The notes under the pieces were generated by a model that worked only from the letters and a program-made list of their open reading frames with translations, searched no databases and was not told the origin of the DNA. Positions 19,962 through 28,737 of a DNA stretch of 64,000 nucleotides are shown here, piece after piece. The translations under genes and the position numbers were made by a program. Within the stretch, counting starts at the first letter, position 1. Every line of letters begins with the position of its first letter. The stretch comes from a virus, in IMG/VR virus record IMGVR_UViG_3300005805_000044; one strand, written 5' to 3'.

Positions 19962-20491
19962 AGGTTTATAAAGTATTTGCCGTTGGGGCCACTATATTTG
20001 AATCGCGTAATTGGTAAAGATATATTTAGATTATCTTTGATATGTGGAAAGCTACCCTTCTTCACATAAGCTAACGTCATATGAGGATTGTAGCTTGGAT
20101 AACTATCAGTATTTGGATAAACGTCACATCTACGTCTCAATTCGGTCAATATAGGACTCTTTTCAACTTCAAACTTGACCACATCAAATTTATCATTCTC
20201 AAACAAATTGAGTGCTTTTAATACAACATTAAATGGCTTTACACCTTGAAGGATTCTAGCAACATCGGGTCTACCAATATCTGGTTCAAATCCATACTTG
20301 AGAGTCACATGAGGTTCTTCATCATAACCATATGTAGGATCATTAGGATCAGTATATAGTATTTGCGGTGGTATTGCGGTTCTACCAAGTCTAATTACAT
20401 GTGGACCATAAGTAGGACTTACATGTGCCATTAAACAACCTTTTTCAACGTGTCTATTTTCTACGAGTAACATATTTTCTAATAATTTCAC
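19958..20491 (-). CDS. 2H phosphoesterase (T4 gp57B/Acb1-like or 2'-5' ligase-like)
   Basis: Two HxT motifs: PHVTLKY and YNPHMTLAY; alternative ATG at 20473. Confidence 0.8.
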   Translation of the reverse strand: MKLLENMLLVENRHVEKGCLMAHVSPTYGPHVIRLGRTAIPPQILYTDPNDPTYGYDEEPHVTLKYGFEPDIGRPDVARILQGVKPFNVVLKALNLFENDKFDVVKFEVEKSPILTELRRRCDVYPNTDSYPSYNPHMTLAYVKKGSFPHIKDNLNISLPITRFKYSGPNGKYFINL

Positions 20492-21725
20492 GAATCAAAT
20501 GTTCTTTCTTTACCAATTGGTCCAAAGGCACACCTCTATACTTTTGTCTTAGTTGCGCAATTGGCATACCATATTGTTTTTCAGCTTGAGCAATCAGATT
20601 GTATCTATCTTGTTTCTCTTTTTCTAAAGATGCCAATTTACGAGCAACTACAGTAGCAACAGTATTCTTAATGTTATCATTATAATACTTCTCACCCGAT
20701 ACCAAAAGATCATTCAATATTTTAATTTCTACTTCTAACCCATTTACTTCTTTTTCTAGATTATCTTTTTCAGCAGGCGTAAGTTTCGCTCCTGTTGTAT
20801 GAAGTTTTCCTCTCTTTTCAATAAACTCTTGAGTCTTATCATCAATTACTTTTTCCAAACTAGGTTGTTGTTGTATTTTCTCAACTCCCCAAGCAGGATA
20901 ATCAAATTCACTACCAATCGGTGTAGTGGACAAATTACTATAAGTTACCTTTATTGATACATTATTACCTTTAACAGCTGTAACATCCGCTTTTATACCC
21001 AGGCCTGGCATTTCTACTTTGTCACCCACTTTGAATTCAACATCTGCTTTATCTGCAACAGAAGGTTTAGGTGGAGGAGTTTCTTTCTTAGGTTCTTCTT
21101 TGTCATACAGTTCATTGTATGACCTTATTTTGCTACCAATTTCATACAAACACTCAGTTGGATTATATCCATTAAACTCTATGACTTTTTCATATTGATC
21201 TTTGTATGGAATTACCTTGTCTTTATTATAATCCCAGAATGTTACAATGATAGCTTTACCACTTGGTATTGTGCTTTCAATTTGTAAATCCAAATTTTCA
21301 GGTGGTTTACCATCTGTATTGTCCACCTCAAAGATTCTACCTTTCATGATAGGATCCGAATATTGACCCATTCTACCCAACCCCTTTAGAATATTTTCCA
21401 AATCCAAATGACCACCACCATTACTACTAGCCTTTAATCGTTTGATACCTTTTTGAGCCCAATAATCCAATTCTTGTTCTCTCTTATTAGAATCATACTT
21501 TATTTCTGGAGCGTCCTCCAATTCTTTGATTTCTTTTAATACATCACTATCATCTGAGTAAAATTCTTTCTTGTTGTCACTATATCCAAATATTGACTTT
21601 TTACCACTATCGTCTTTATAAACAAAAAAAGCACATCTGTTAGCTGGAGAAGTGTAGCTATACAACTTTCTCTTGTAACTAACAGTGTCGGGATTTTCCA
21701 CCAAAATATCAATTAGTTTAACCAT
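20454..21725 (-). CDS. Hypothetical protein, candidate internal head protein
   Basis: 423 aa; N-terminal MVKLIDILVE; SH3/KOW-like segment FKVGDKVE; helical C-terminus. Confidence 0.55.
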   Translation of the reverse strand: MVKLIDILVENPDTVSYKRKLYSYTSPANRCAFFVYKDDSGKKSIFGYSDNKKEFYSDDSDVLKEIKELEDAPEIKYDSNKREQELDYWAQKGIKRLKASSNGGGHLDLENILKGLGRMGQYSDPIMKGRIFEVDNTDGKPPENLDLQIESTIPSGKAIIVTFWDYNKDKVIPYKDQYEKVIEFNGYNPTECLYEIGSKIRSYNELYDKEEPKKETPPPKPSVADKADVEFKVGDKVEMPGLGIKADVTAVKGNNVSIKVTYSNLSTTPIGSEFDYPAWGVEKIQQQPSLEKVIDDKTQEFIEKRGKLHTTGAKLTPAEKDNLEKEVNGLEVEIKILNDLLVSGEKYYNDNIKNTVATVVARKLASLEKEKQDRYNLIAQAEKQYGMPIAQLRQKYRGVPLDQLVKKEHLIREIIRKYVTRRK

Positions 21726-21730
21726 AAATT

Positions 21731-22333
21731 TTACCAGTATTTTCCTTTACCCTTGTTTCCTAAACTACGAATACGATGACTACGACAACTCCAATAACCA
21801 GCTGTAGTTCTATCTTTCTTTTGACTACATCTGTGACGTGCAGCAAAACTCTTACGACGAGCCTTGTTACCAGCTCTACTTCTCATATTAGGATCACCAA
21901 AAGTTACCTTCTTTACATTGCCGTTTTTTGATTTGACATACACAGCATACTTCTTTGGACCGCCTGGAGTTCTGAATGGTCTATTGAGATGAACAGTGCG
22001 ACCTCTATGTTTCAACTCCATGATCAAATCCTCAACAACCTCAATAGGCGCATCAAGATACACTTCACGACCTTCAAACATCTCTTTTTTACCCAAATCA
22101 CTCTCGACTAATTCGGCATCTGAATCACACAGTTCGATCTTGTTTTCAAAATATAATTTACGAACTTCTTCCAATAATTCAAAATATGATTCACTGTAGG
22201 TTCTGAAGATGGTCTCTGATAAAGGTAATTGTTTAGTTAAATGATACTTAAGATTGTCACTGACAGACACATCTTCAGTCAATGACATCCCACACAATTC
22301 ATCACTTTCAATAAGATCGTTTAATTTAATCAT
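21731..22333 (-). CDS. Protein with acidic N-half and very basic C-terminal domain, candidate internal head protein
   Basis: MIKLNDLIE; KKVTFGDPNM...RRKSFAARHRC...AGYWSC. Confidence 0.6.
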   Translation of the reverse strand: MIKLNDLIESDELCGMSLTEDVSVSDNLKYHLTKQLPLSETIFRTYSESYFELLEEVRKLYFENKIELCDSDAELVESDLGKKEMFEGREVYLDAPIEVVEDLIMELKHRGRTVHLNRPFRTPGGPKKYAVYVKSKNGNVKKVTFGDPNMRSRAGNKARRKSFAARHRCSQKKDRTTAGYWSCRSHRIRSLGNKGKGKYW

Positions 22334-22344
22334 AGATATAAATA

Positions 22345-23274
22345 TTATTTACCATACTTGTTCGTAGCCTTTAATTCACTAATTAGAATTTTTTCTGGGT
22401 CATTCAAATTCTTCTCCAATTCAATAAATAATTCATCTAAAGTATACTTTTTATCGGTTCTTTGTTGAATCTGTCGTAAACGGTCAATTGTATCAACAAC
22501 ACTATCCAATGTATCTTTGTATCGGTTGAATACAGGCAGTTCAATGTGTTTACTGAATTCCATCGACTTTGGAGCAATACCTTTAAGTATATTAATAAAG
22601 AATGCGATTACATGTTCTACTAACGAGAATATCGCACCAGCAATTGGGTTTGTAGCAGCTAAGAATCGTAACACCATGAAACATATCAAGAATATCAATA
22701 TGCCAGTCACACCTATAGTCACGAATCTTTTTAGTCCATACATTACACCACCAAGACCCATCCAACTATTCACTTCATCAACAGTAACTTGCAATCTATC
22801 AGCCTTTTTCGCCACTTGAGAAGCCTGTTCTTCCAAACCTTTAATCTGAGACTCATATACATCTTCTATTTCTTTTTGTCGAGTTTGAAGATCCAATATT
22901 TCAGTATCTTTTTCTTTTAACAGTTTTACACCTTTATCTTTTTCTTTATCAATTTCACTGTTTAAAAGATCAGTTATTTGTTTTATTTTGTTCAATTCGT
23001 CAATATTTGGATTACCAGCAATACTCAATATTCTAGAATTATAATCCAAAGCAGTCTTGACTTGAACTGGAGGATTGGTCACAGACTTCAATGAATACTC
23101 TGTGCCAGCAGCCAAAGTAGAAACCTCTTGTAACTTTTCTTCATCGTTTTTTGCCTTTTCTACGCGGGTTACTGCAAGTGCATCTTTGGTCTTTTGAACC
23201 TTATCTGCATTTGGTGTTTTGCAACCGCCGAACAACAACAAAGAAGCCAAAAATAGCATTAATGTTTTTTGCAT
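22345..23274 (-). CDS. Lipoprotein with coiled coil and downstream transmembrane segment (spanin-like)
   Basis: Signal MQKTLMLFLASLLLFGG|C; about 150 aa helical region; TM VTIGVTGILIFLICFMVL. Confidence 0.6.
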   Translation of the reverse strand: MQKTLMLFLASLLLFGGCKTPNADKVQKTKDALAVTRVEKAKNDEEKLQEVSTLAAGTEYSLKSVTNPPVQVKTALDYNSRILSIAGNPNIDELNKIKQITDLLNSEIDKEKDKGVKLLKEKDTEILDLQTRQKEIEDVYESQIKGLEEQASQVAKKADRLQVTVDEVNSWMGLGGVMYGLKRFVTIGVTGILIFLICFMVLRFLAATNPIAGAIFSLVEHVIAFFINILKGIAPKSMEFSKHIELPVFNRYKDTLDSVVDTIDRLRQIQQRTDKKYTLDELFIELEKNLNDPEKILISELKATNKYGK

Positions 23275-23306
23275 ATACCTATAAATATCTATCTTAGTAT
23301 AAAAAC

Positions 23307-23335
23307 TTGTTTATTTATCTGGGTTGGTATATACT
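23307..23335 (+). promoter_or_regulatory. Sigma70-like promoter for the Mom-like gene (probably leaderless)
   Basis: TTGTTT(23307-12)-N17-TATACT(23330-35); ATG at 23342. Confidence 0.55.
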
Positions 23336-23341
23336 GATAAT

Positions 23342-24115
23342 ATGTCTAATTATTGTGATACTTCATTAGTTTATCTGCAGCCGATCAACAAGTCGGTAGC
23401 ACGTAATCTTATTGAAAAAAATCACTATACACACAAGTGGACCAGTTGTTCAGTGGCATATGGTGTTTATTATAAAGACTATATAGAAAGTAGTTTTTTT
23501 GGTGGATTTGACAGTAAATTGATAGGAGTATTGGTCTATGGTAATGCTGTAGGACGTAATTCAAGCACCAGTATTAGTCCACTATTAACCAATGATAATG
23601 TATTTGAATTGACACGTTTATGGATACAAGATGGTTTTGGCAAGAACATAGAGAGTTTTTGTATAGCTGAAAGTTTTAGGTATTTAAACCGAGATTATCC
23701 AAAAATTAAGTGTATTTTGAGTTATGCTGACAGCGAAGTTGGTCATGCTGGAACCATCTATCAAGCCACTGGATTTTTATATCAGGGTGACAATTATGTT
23801 GATATTGCATTGATGCCCAACTACAGTGTTAGTTTGGTTGGGCCACCCAACTATGATTGGATACACAGTAGAAACGTCTATGGTAGATGGAAAACACACA
23901 ATGTAGACAAGTTAAAAGAACGTATTGGTAAAACCTTCTGGCGTAAACGTGAAAGTGGCAAACATCGTTATATCAAGTTCATTAGTAACAAGATTGACAA
24001 CAAAAAGTTGACCAAATCATTAATACATAAATTACTTCCATATCCAAAAACTACATCATTTACAGAAGAAATAATGGAAGTTACCGTCAAAAATACCAAT
24101 CAATTTTTCCAATAA
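23342..24115 (+). CDS. Mom-like (GNAT-fold) DNA adenine modification protein
   Basis: IEKNHY, ELTRLW, NIESFCI, ILSYAD...HAGTIYQATGF motifs. Confidence 0.75.
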   Translation: MSNYCDTSLVYLQPINKSVARNLIEKNHYTHKWTSCSVAYGVYYKDYIESSFFGGFDSKLIGVLVYGNAVGRNSSTSISPLLTNDNVFELTRLWIQDGFGKNIESFCIAESFRYLNRDYPKIKCILSYADSEVGHAGTIYQATGFLYQGDNYVDIALMPNYSVSLVGPPNYDWIHSRNVYGRWKTHNVDKLKERIGKTFWRKRESGKHRYIKFISNKIDNKKLTKSLIHKLLPYPKTTSFTEEIMEVTVKNTNQFFQ

Positions 24116-24146
24116 AAAACCCACCAGCCTTTCGACTGATGGGTTT
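24112..24146 (-). terminator. Intrinsic terminator after major capsid (may also serve the convergent Mom-like gene)
   Basis: Minus strand AAACCCATCAGTC-GAAA-GGCTGGTGGGTTT then TTT; G-U pairs only work on the minus transcript. Confidence 0.85.
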
Positions 24147-24172
24147 ATTGTTTTAATTTAGACTAATCCAAA

Positions 24173-25903
24173 TTATACGGTGTCTAGATCAGCGATCAAG
24201 ACCTTACCATAGAACTCAGGACGCACTACCTTCTTAGCGTAGCGAGTCATCACACCACGGCGTGGAGTGAAGTTCACTGGATCATAGACCAATGGAGTTT
24301 GGATGAGTGGGATGTATGGAGCATACACAGCACCAGTCTCCAAGAAGTTGCTACCACGGAAACCAACGAGGATAGCATTATCGGTCATGTATGGGTTCTT
24401 GTAAACTTGGAAGCGACTTGCGAAGCTACCAACGCGGCTTACACCCATTGCGAACTTAGCTTGGTCACCGTCAGTGTTCACAACATATCCTGGGATTGAT
24501 TCCAAGATGGTTGCTACGTCTGGGGAACATACCAAGAAGTTAGCACCACCACGTAGAGTCAATTGGTGAATCTTGTTAGAGACCTTTTGGATCTTGTTAC
24601 CAAGAGTTTGGAACCAAGTGCTCTTTACGTAAGCAGTTCTGTTTGGAGAAGCATTTACGTTACGAGTGAATGATGCAACATCAGTAGTGTTGTTGATGGT
24701 CTTAGTGAATTCAGTTCCGATTTGGGCGGACCAAGCTTCAGTGGTTTGACCAGTTACAGACTCGTTCAACATGTCTAGGATTTCGAGATCGATTTCCATA
24801 GAAACATATTCACTCAATAGAGCAGTAAGTTCTGCTTCTGCGTCAATAGAATGATATGCGTTCAAGTCTTGAGCCAATTCTGGAGTCCAGACAGCCTTCA
24901 ACTTACGGGTCTTAGCAACGATTGGTTCGCTCTTAAGTTCCAAGTTGACTTCTGGGATCTTGATGTCAGTGCCGATAGATTGGGTATATACGTTGTTAGC
25001 AACACCTGAACCTTCACCGGCGGTCTTACCATCTTCGAAGTCACCACGTAGGTTGTCCGAAGGTTGAACAGTGTAGTTCAAACGAGCAGTGGTCGATGGA
25101 GCAGCTGCGGCAGAAGATTGACTTACAAACAAGTTAATTTGATAGTATGGGTTTGCCAAGCTACCAGTGTTAACTGCGGTTGCGTAAGTGTTCAATACTG
25201 TGTAAGCTACACCAGAACTGTTTTGAACTTGGAATGAACGAACAGCGTTCAAATCAGCGTTCCAGATGTTACCAGAACCAGGATTTGCTTCGGTGTTGTC
25301 GTCAAGGTTGAATGTCACCTTGTAAACGCCTGGAACGTTACCAGAACCGTTTACAGAAGCACTGAATGTTGAATCGAATTGAAGATCGTTCCAACTTGCA
25401 GTAGCAACCAATACAGTAGCATTAGAGCTAGAAACGGTGCGCTCAGAATAAGCGTAACGTCCTTGGCCATAAAGACCATTTACTGGTGCATCAGTTGATC
25501 CAAGCTTCTTTTGGTTACCACCGAACAAGCTTTCGCCAGCAGTATGACCCAATTGAGTGCCAGAACCATACTTGAAGTCTAAGTAGAAGATAAGACCGCT
25601 TGGGAGATTCATTGGTTGAACCGATACGAATTCCTTAGCAGCGATCTCAGCAAATACACGACGAACCAATGGTAGAGCAACGCCTGCCCATTGTTCACTG
25701 TTTGCGCTGGTTCCAGTTGTTGAAGCTTCGTCCAACAATTGTTTTGCTTGATTTTCCAAGAGGATTGACATGTGTGCCTTTTCAACACCGGTGGTGTTTT
25801 CTAGAAGACCTGTCTTTTCCCACTTGTTTTGAAGACCACGGGTTTCAGCCATTAGCTTTGCCTGTGGGTTCATATTATTTGTTAGTAGACTCTTTACGTC
25901 CAT
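24173..25903 (-). CDS. Major capsid protein (T4 gp23-like)
   Basis: KW...LLENQ, LPLVRR, VQPMNLPSGLIFYL, KTRKLKAVWTPELAQDLNAYH, YAPYIPL, GVMTRY. Confidence 0.97.
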   Translation of the reverse strand: MDVKSLLTNNMNPQAKLMAETRGLQNKWEKTGLLENTTGVEKAHMSILLENQAKQLLDEASTTGTSANSEQWAGVALPLVRRVFAEIAAKEFVSVQPMNLPSGLIFYLDFKYGSGTQLGHTAGESLFGGNQKKLGSTDAPVNGLYGQGRYAYSERTVSSSNATVLVATASWNDLQFDSTFSASVNGSGNVPGVYKVTFNLDDNTEANPGSGNIWNADLNAVRSFQVQNSSGVAYTVLNTYATAVNTGSLANPYYQINLFVSQSSAAAAPSTTARLNYTVQPSDNLRGDFEDGKTAGEGSGVANNVYTQSIGTDIKIPEVNLELKSEPIVAKTRKLKAVWTPELAQDLNAYHSIDAEAELTALLSEYVSMEIDLEILDMLNESVTGQTTEAWSAQIGTEFTKTINNTTDVASFTRNVNASPNRTAYVKSTWFQTLGNKIQKVSNKIHQLTLRGGANFLVCSPDVATILESIPGYVVNTDGDQAKFAMGVSRVGSFASRFQVYKNPYMTDNAILVGFRGSNFLETGAVYAPYIPLIQTPLVYDPVNFTPRRGVMTRYAKKVVRPEFYGKVLIADLDTV

Positions 25904-25948
25904 AATATTATTTCCTATCTTTTGGTTTGTTAATTACTCGCAAACAAA

Positions 25949-27031
25949 TTACTTCTTGATTCCTGCGAGTTTTTGGAATCTTGAAGCCATTACATCAGCT
26001 TGAGGTTCTACAATCGTAGACTCAGGCTTTGTGCTGGATACTGGTTTGCTTGCCAAACCTTCGGTGATAGTTGTGACAGTCGCATTTGACTTTTTCTTGG
26101 CGACTGATCCACCGGCATTAAATGATTCGGCCAAAACGGTGTATGCCAATTTGATTTCACGCAATGTCTTGGTGAGATCAAATGTGTTGATGACCTTCAA
26201 CTTTTGGTCTTCGGTCAAATTCTTACCCTTGAATAGCTTATTGGTATAAAGCAATTTAGCATTCAAAAGATTGGTTTCTTCAAGAACACCCTTTAAATAC
26301 TTAACGGTGTTTTGATGTTCCTTCAATTGATTCTTCAATGCTTCATTTTCTTCATTAATAGCTACCAAAGCTTCTGCCATTTCTTCAGCAGTTACTTCTT
26401 CCTCTTCCATTGGAGAAGGAACTTGTCCAGCAACTGGTGCTACTGGAGCTGGTGCTGCTGCGGGTGCTGCAGCTGGAGCAGCTGCGGCTGGTGCTGGTGC
26501 TGCTGCTGTTGGATCAACAGCAGCTGGAGCTGGAGCCGGAACTTGTCCTTCTTCTTCCAATTCAGCAAGAAGTTCATCAAGATCAACAGTTTCTGCTGAA
26601 TCGTCGTCTGCAACTTCTTCTTCTTCAGCAACAACTTCTTTTTGTTCTTCTTTGTCGCCTTCATGTTCCAACTCAGCAAGAATTTCATCCAACTCTTCGC
26701 TGGTCAACTCTTCACCCTCTTCAAGTTTTGCATCGAATTCTTGAGATCCAGGTGGAACAGTGTTTTTCTTGGCTGCGGTTGATGGTTGAACAACGTGTTG
26801 ACTGCTTACAGTGTTACCGTCGTCTTTACCAATACCTGAAGAAGAAAGTTTTTCTTCAATCTTACCTTCTTCAGTTTTTTCTGTGTCTGCTGCTTCTTCC
26901 TTGAGTTTTTCTGCGAACATTTCTTTCATGCTCTTTGCGAAGTTTTCCTCAAGAAAAGTTTTTGCATTAGCAATTGCAGTTTCACGAACTGCTTTTGCGT
27001 CTGCGATGCTTTCTTTTAATAGATCGCTCAT
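25949..27031 (-). CDS. Prohead scaffold/core protein (T4 gp22-like)
   Basis: Likely start MSDLLKESIADAKAVR with SD AGGAAAGG; highly acidic, Ala-Pro linker, ends RFQKLAGI; directly upstream of the capsid gene. Confidence 0.85.
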   Translation of the reverse strand: MSDLLKESIADAKAVRETAIANAKTFLEENFAKSMKEMFAEKLKEEAADTEKTEEGKIEEKLSSSGIGKDDGNTVSSQHVVQPSTAAKKNTVPPGSQEFDAKLEEGEELTSEELDEILAELEHEGDKEEQKEVVAEEEEVADDDSAETVDLDELLAELEEEGQVPAPAPAAVDPTAAAPAPAAAAPAAAPAAAPAPVAPVAGQVPSPMEEEEVTAEEMAEALVAINEENEALKNQLKEHQNTVKYLKGVLEETNLLNAKLLYTNKLFKGKNLTEDQKLKVINTFDLTKTLREIKLAYTVLAESFNAGGSVAKKKSNATVTTITEGLASKPVSSTKPESTIVEPQADVMASRFQKLAGIKK

Positions 27032-27071
27032 ATTAATTTTACCTTTCCTGTTTGTTTTTTTGGTGAAGTTA

Positions 27072-27139
27072 TTGGAGAACTCCAAAGAAGATTGAATTTG
27101 TAGTGGCATCAAAGACATTGACGCATTTGATAATAAATA
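27072..27139 (-). promoter_or_regulatory. TATTTATT motif and structured leader of the scaffold-capsid operon
   Basis: Motif 27132-27139; hairpins GCGTCAA-N5-TTGATGC (27106-27124) and TTGGAG-TT-CTCCAA (27072-27085). Confidence 0.45.
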
Positions 27140-27172
27140 TAATATAAAATATACAAATTCATTTTTTTTTAA

Positions 27173-27180
27173 TATTTATT
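27173..27180 (+). promoter_or_regulatory. TATTTATT upstream motif on the plus strand
   Basis: 5 nt before ATG 27186; the motif flips with gene orientation. Confidence 0.6.
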
Positions 27181-27185
27181 GATAT

Positions 27186-27794
27186 ATGCCAGCACAAAGC
27201 GAAAAACAAGCAAAATATTTTAGATTGGTGAGAGCTGTTCAAAAAGGAGAAGTTCCTGCGAGTAAAGTATCAAAACAATTAAGAAAAACTGCAAAGTCAA
27301 TTTCTCCTAAAGCTGCTAAAGATTTTACAAAGGTAAAAGAAATTGTAAATAAATACATCAATGAAGCAGAATATACGTCCGCAAAAATGAAAGAAGTTCC
27401 AGATAAAACTTTGGATGATGTATTGAGAGAAAACTCAGGAGTAAAGTTTGATAATGATGAATTATTAACTTTTCAAAACAAACAAAGTGGATTTGGTGGA
27501 TTTGGTAAAGTAAATTTTGTTCACAAGAAAAGCACAAACGAAATAAGTGCAACTGTAACAAGTAATGAATCTAACAAAATTTACGTATTTAAAAAATTAG
27601 TCAACAACCAAAACCCAGGCCTTTATAACTATGGGTGTTTCATAGAAATTTCGCTTGCAAAAGACAGTGAAGACGAAAAAGAAAATAAACCAAAAGTAGT
27701 ATACTTACTTAGTAGTATTTTTAATAATAAAGGCGAAGAAAAGACAAAGATATTAGCAGATTTCATTGATAGGATTAATTCATATGGACTATAA
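27186..27794 (+). CDS. Hypothetical protein with DUF3008-like N-terminus
   Basis: MPAQSEKQAKYFRLVRAVQKG; preceded by the conserved motif. Confidence 0.65.
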   Translation: MPAQSEKQAKYFRLVRAVQKGEVPASKVSKQLRKTAKSISPKAAKDFTKVKEIVNKYINEAEYTSAKMKEVPDKTLDDVLRENSGVKFDNDELLTFQNKQSGFGGFGKVNFVHKKSTNEISATVTSNESNKIYVFKKLVNNQNPGLYNYGCFIEISLAKDSEDEKENKPKVVYLLSSIFNNKGEEKTKILADFIDRINSYGL

Positions 27795-28149
27795 AACACT
27801 ATACAGTCAAGCAAAATTAAACAGTTTCTTAAATAAAGCAAAAGATCAAGAAATTGAGCCTGACAAATTTAAACTAATAGAAATTGATCATCCAAATGGT
27901 TGGAACTTCAATGAAATAGATACATTGGGTGATATGGGATTTAAAATTGACAACGATACCGATATGGTATGTGAAGTTGAAATTCCCACACTAGAAATGA
28001 TGGAAGAAAAAGTTCCAGTTAGAGTATATAAAAACGAAAACGGTTATGTCCTTGAGACTAACCGTCAATACGTTTTTGAGAGTTTTGAAAAGATGATTGA
28101 ATTTATCGATTCAATACCATCTGATCCAAAAATGAGACATGTTAAATAA
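27784..28149 (+). CDS. Acidic hypothetical protein
   Basis: Likely start MDYKT overlapping the upstream stop; ends 2 nt from the convergent gene. Confidence 0.6.
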   Translation: MDYKTLYSQAKLNSFLNKAKDQEIEPDKFKLIEIDHPNGWNFNEIDTLGDMGFKIDNDTDMVCEVEIPTLEMMEEKVPVRVYKNENGYVLETNRQYVFESFEKMIEFIDSIPSDPKMRHVK

Positions 28150-28151
28150 CC

Positions 28152-28697
28152 TTATTTATTTGATTGATAAGATGGTTGTTGATGTGGTTGTGTAATTGGT
28201 TGAGCCCCAGGCAACTCTTTATTTTCAGCAGCTGTTCCCCAAGCAGCTGGATCTGGTGGACTTGCAGTGCTTACTGAACCTTGATGATTTTGAGTTTGAA
28301 ATGCTTGAGGAGCTTCTGTTACTGGATCAGCAATTTCAAAATAACGTTCCAACTTCAAACCAATTTCTTCATAAAGCATTTCAAGTTGATGTTCAACACC
28401 TTTAATCTTGCTTGCTTCTTCATGCAATTGACGTGCCATTTTCTTTACATCTTTCATGTCACGTTCAATCATCTTTGCTTCCATCCACTCGTCACACTCT
28501 TTTAGTGCATAACGTTCTGCCAAATTTACTGCTTCCATGATCTTCGCAGCAGTGGCATAAATACACTCAGCTTTTAGATCTTTACGATATTCATTATATG
28601 CTTTGACTGTTTCACGGAGCTTGACCTTTTCCTCTTTGGTCAACGGAGCATATGCTGTTTCAGTAGAGTTTTCTACGAGATGTTTGAGCTTAATCAT
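28152..28697 (-). CDS. Helical hypothetical protein, candidate prohead core/internal protein
   Basis: MIKLKHLVE N-terminus; motif at 28704-28711; head-module position. Confidence 0.6.
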   Translation of the reverse strand: MIKLKHLVENSTETAYAPLTKEEKVKLRETVKAYNEYRKDLKAECIYATAAKIMEAVNLAERYALKECDEWMEAKMIERDMKDVKKMARQLHEEASKIKGVEHQLEMLYEEIGLKLERYFEIADPVTEAPQAFQTQNHQGSVSTASPPDPAAWGTAAENKELPGAQPITQPHQQPSYQSNK

Positions 28698-28737
28698 ATA
28701 TACAATAAATATGTTGAAAAATGAAATTCGACTACAA

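Noticed and set aside
26031-27095. Several overlapping ORFs across the scaffold gene
   Set aside because: By-products of Glu- and Ala-Pro-rich low-complexity coding
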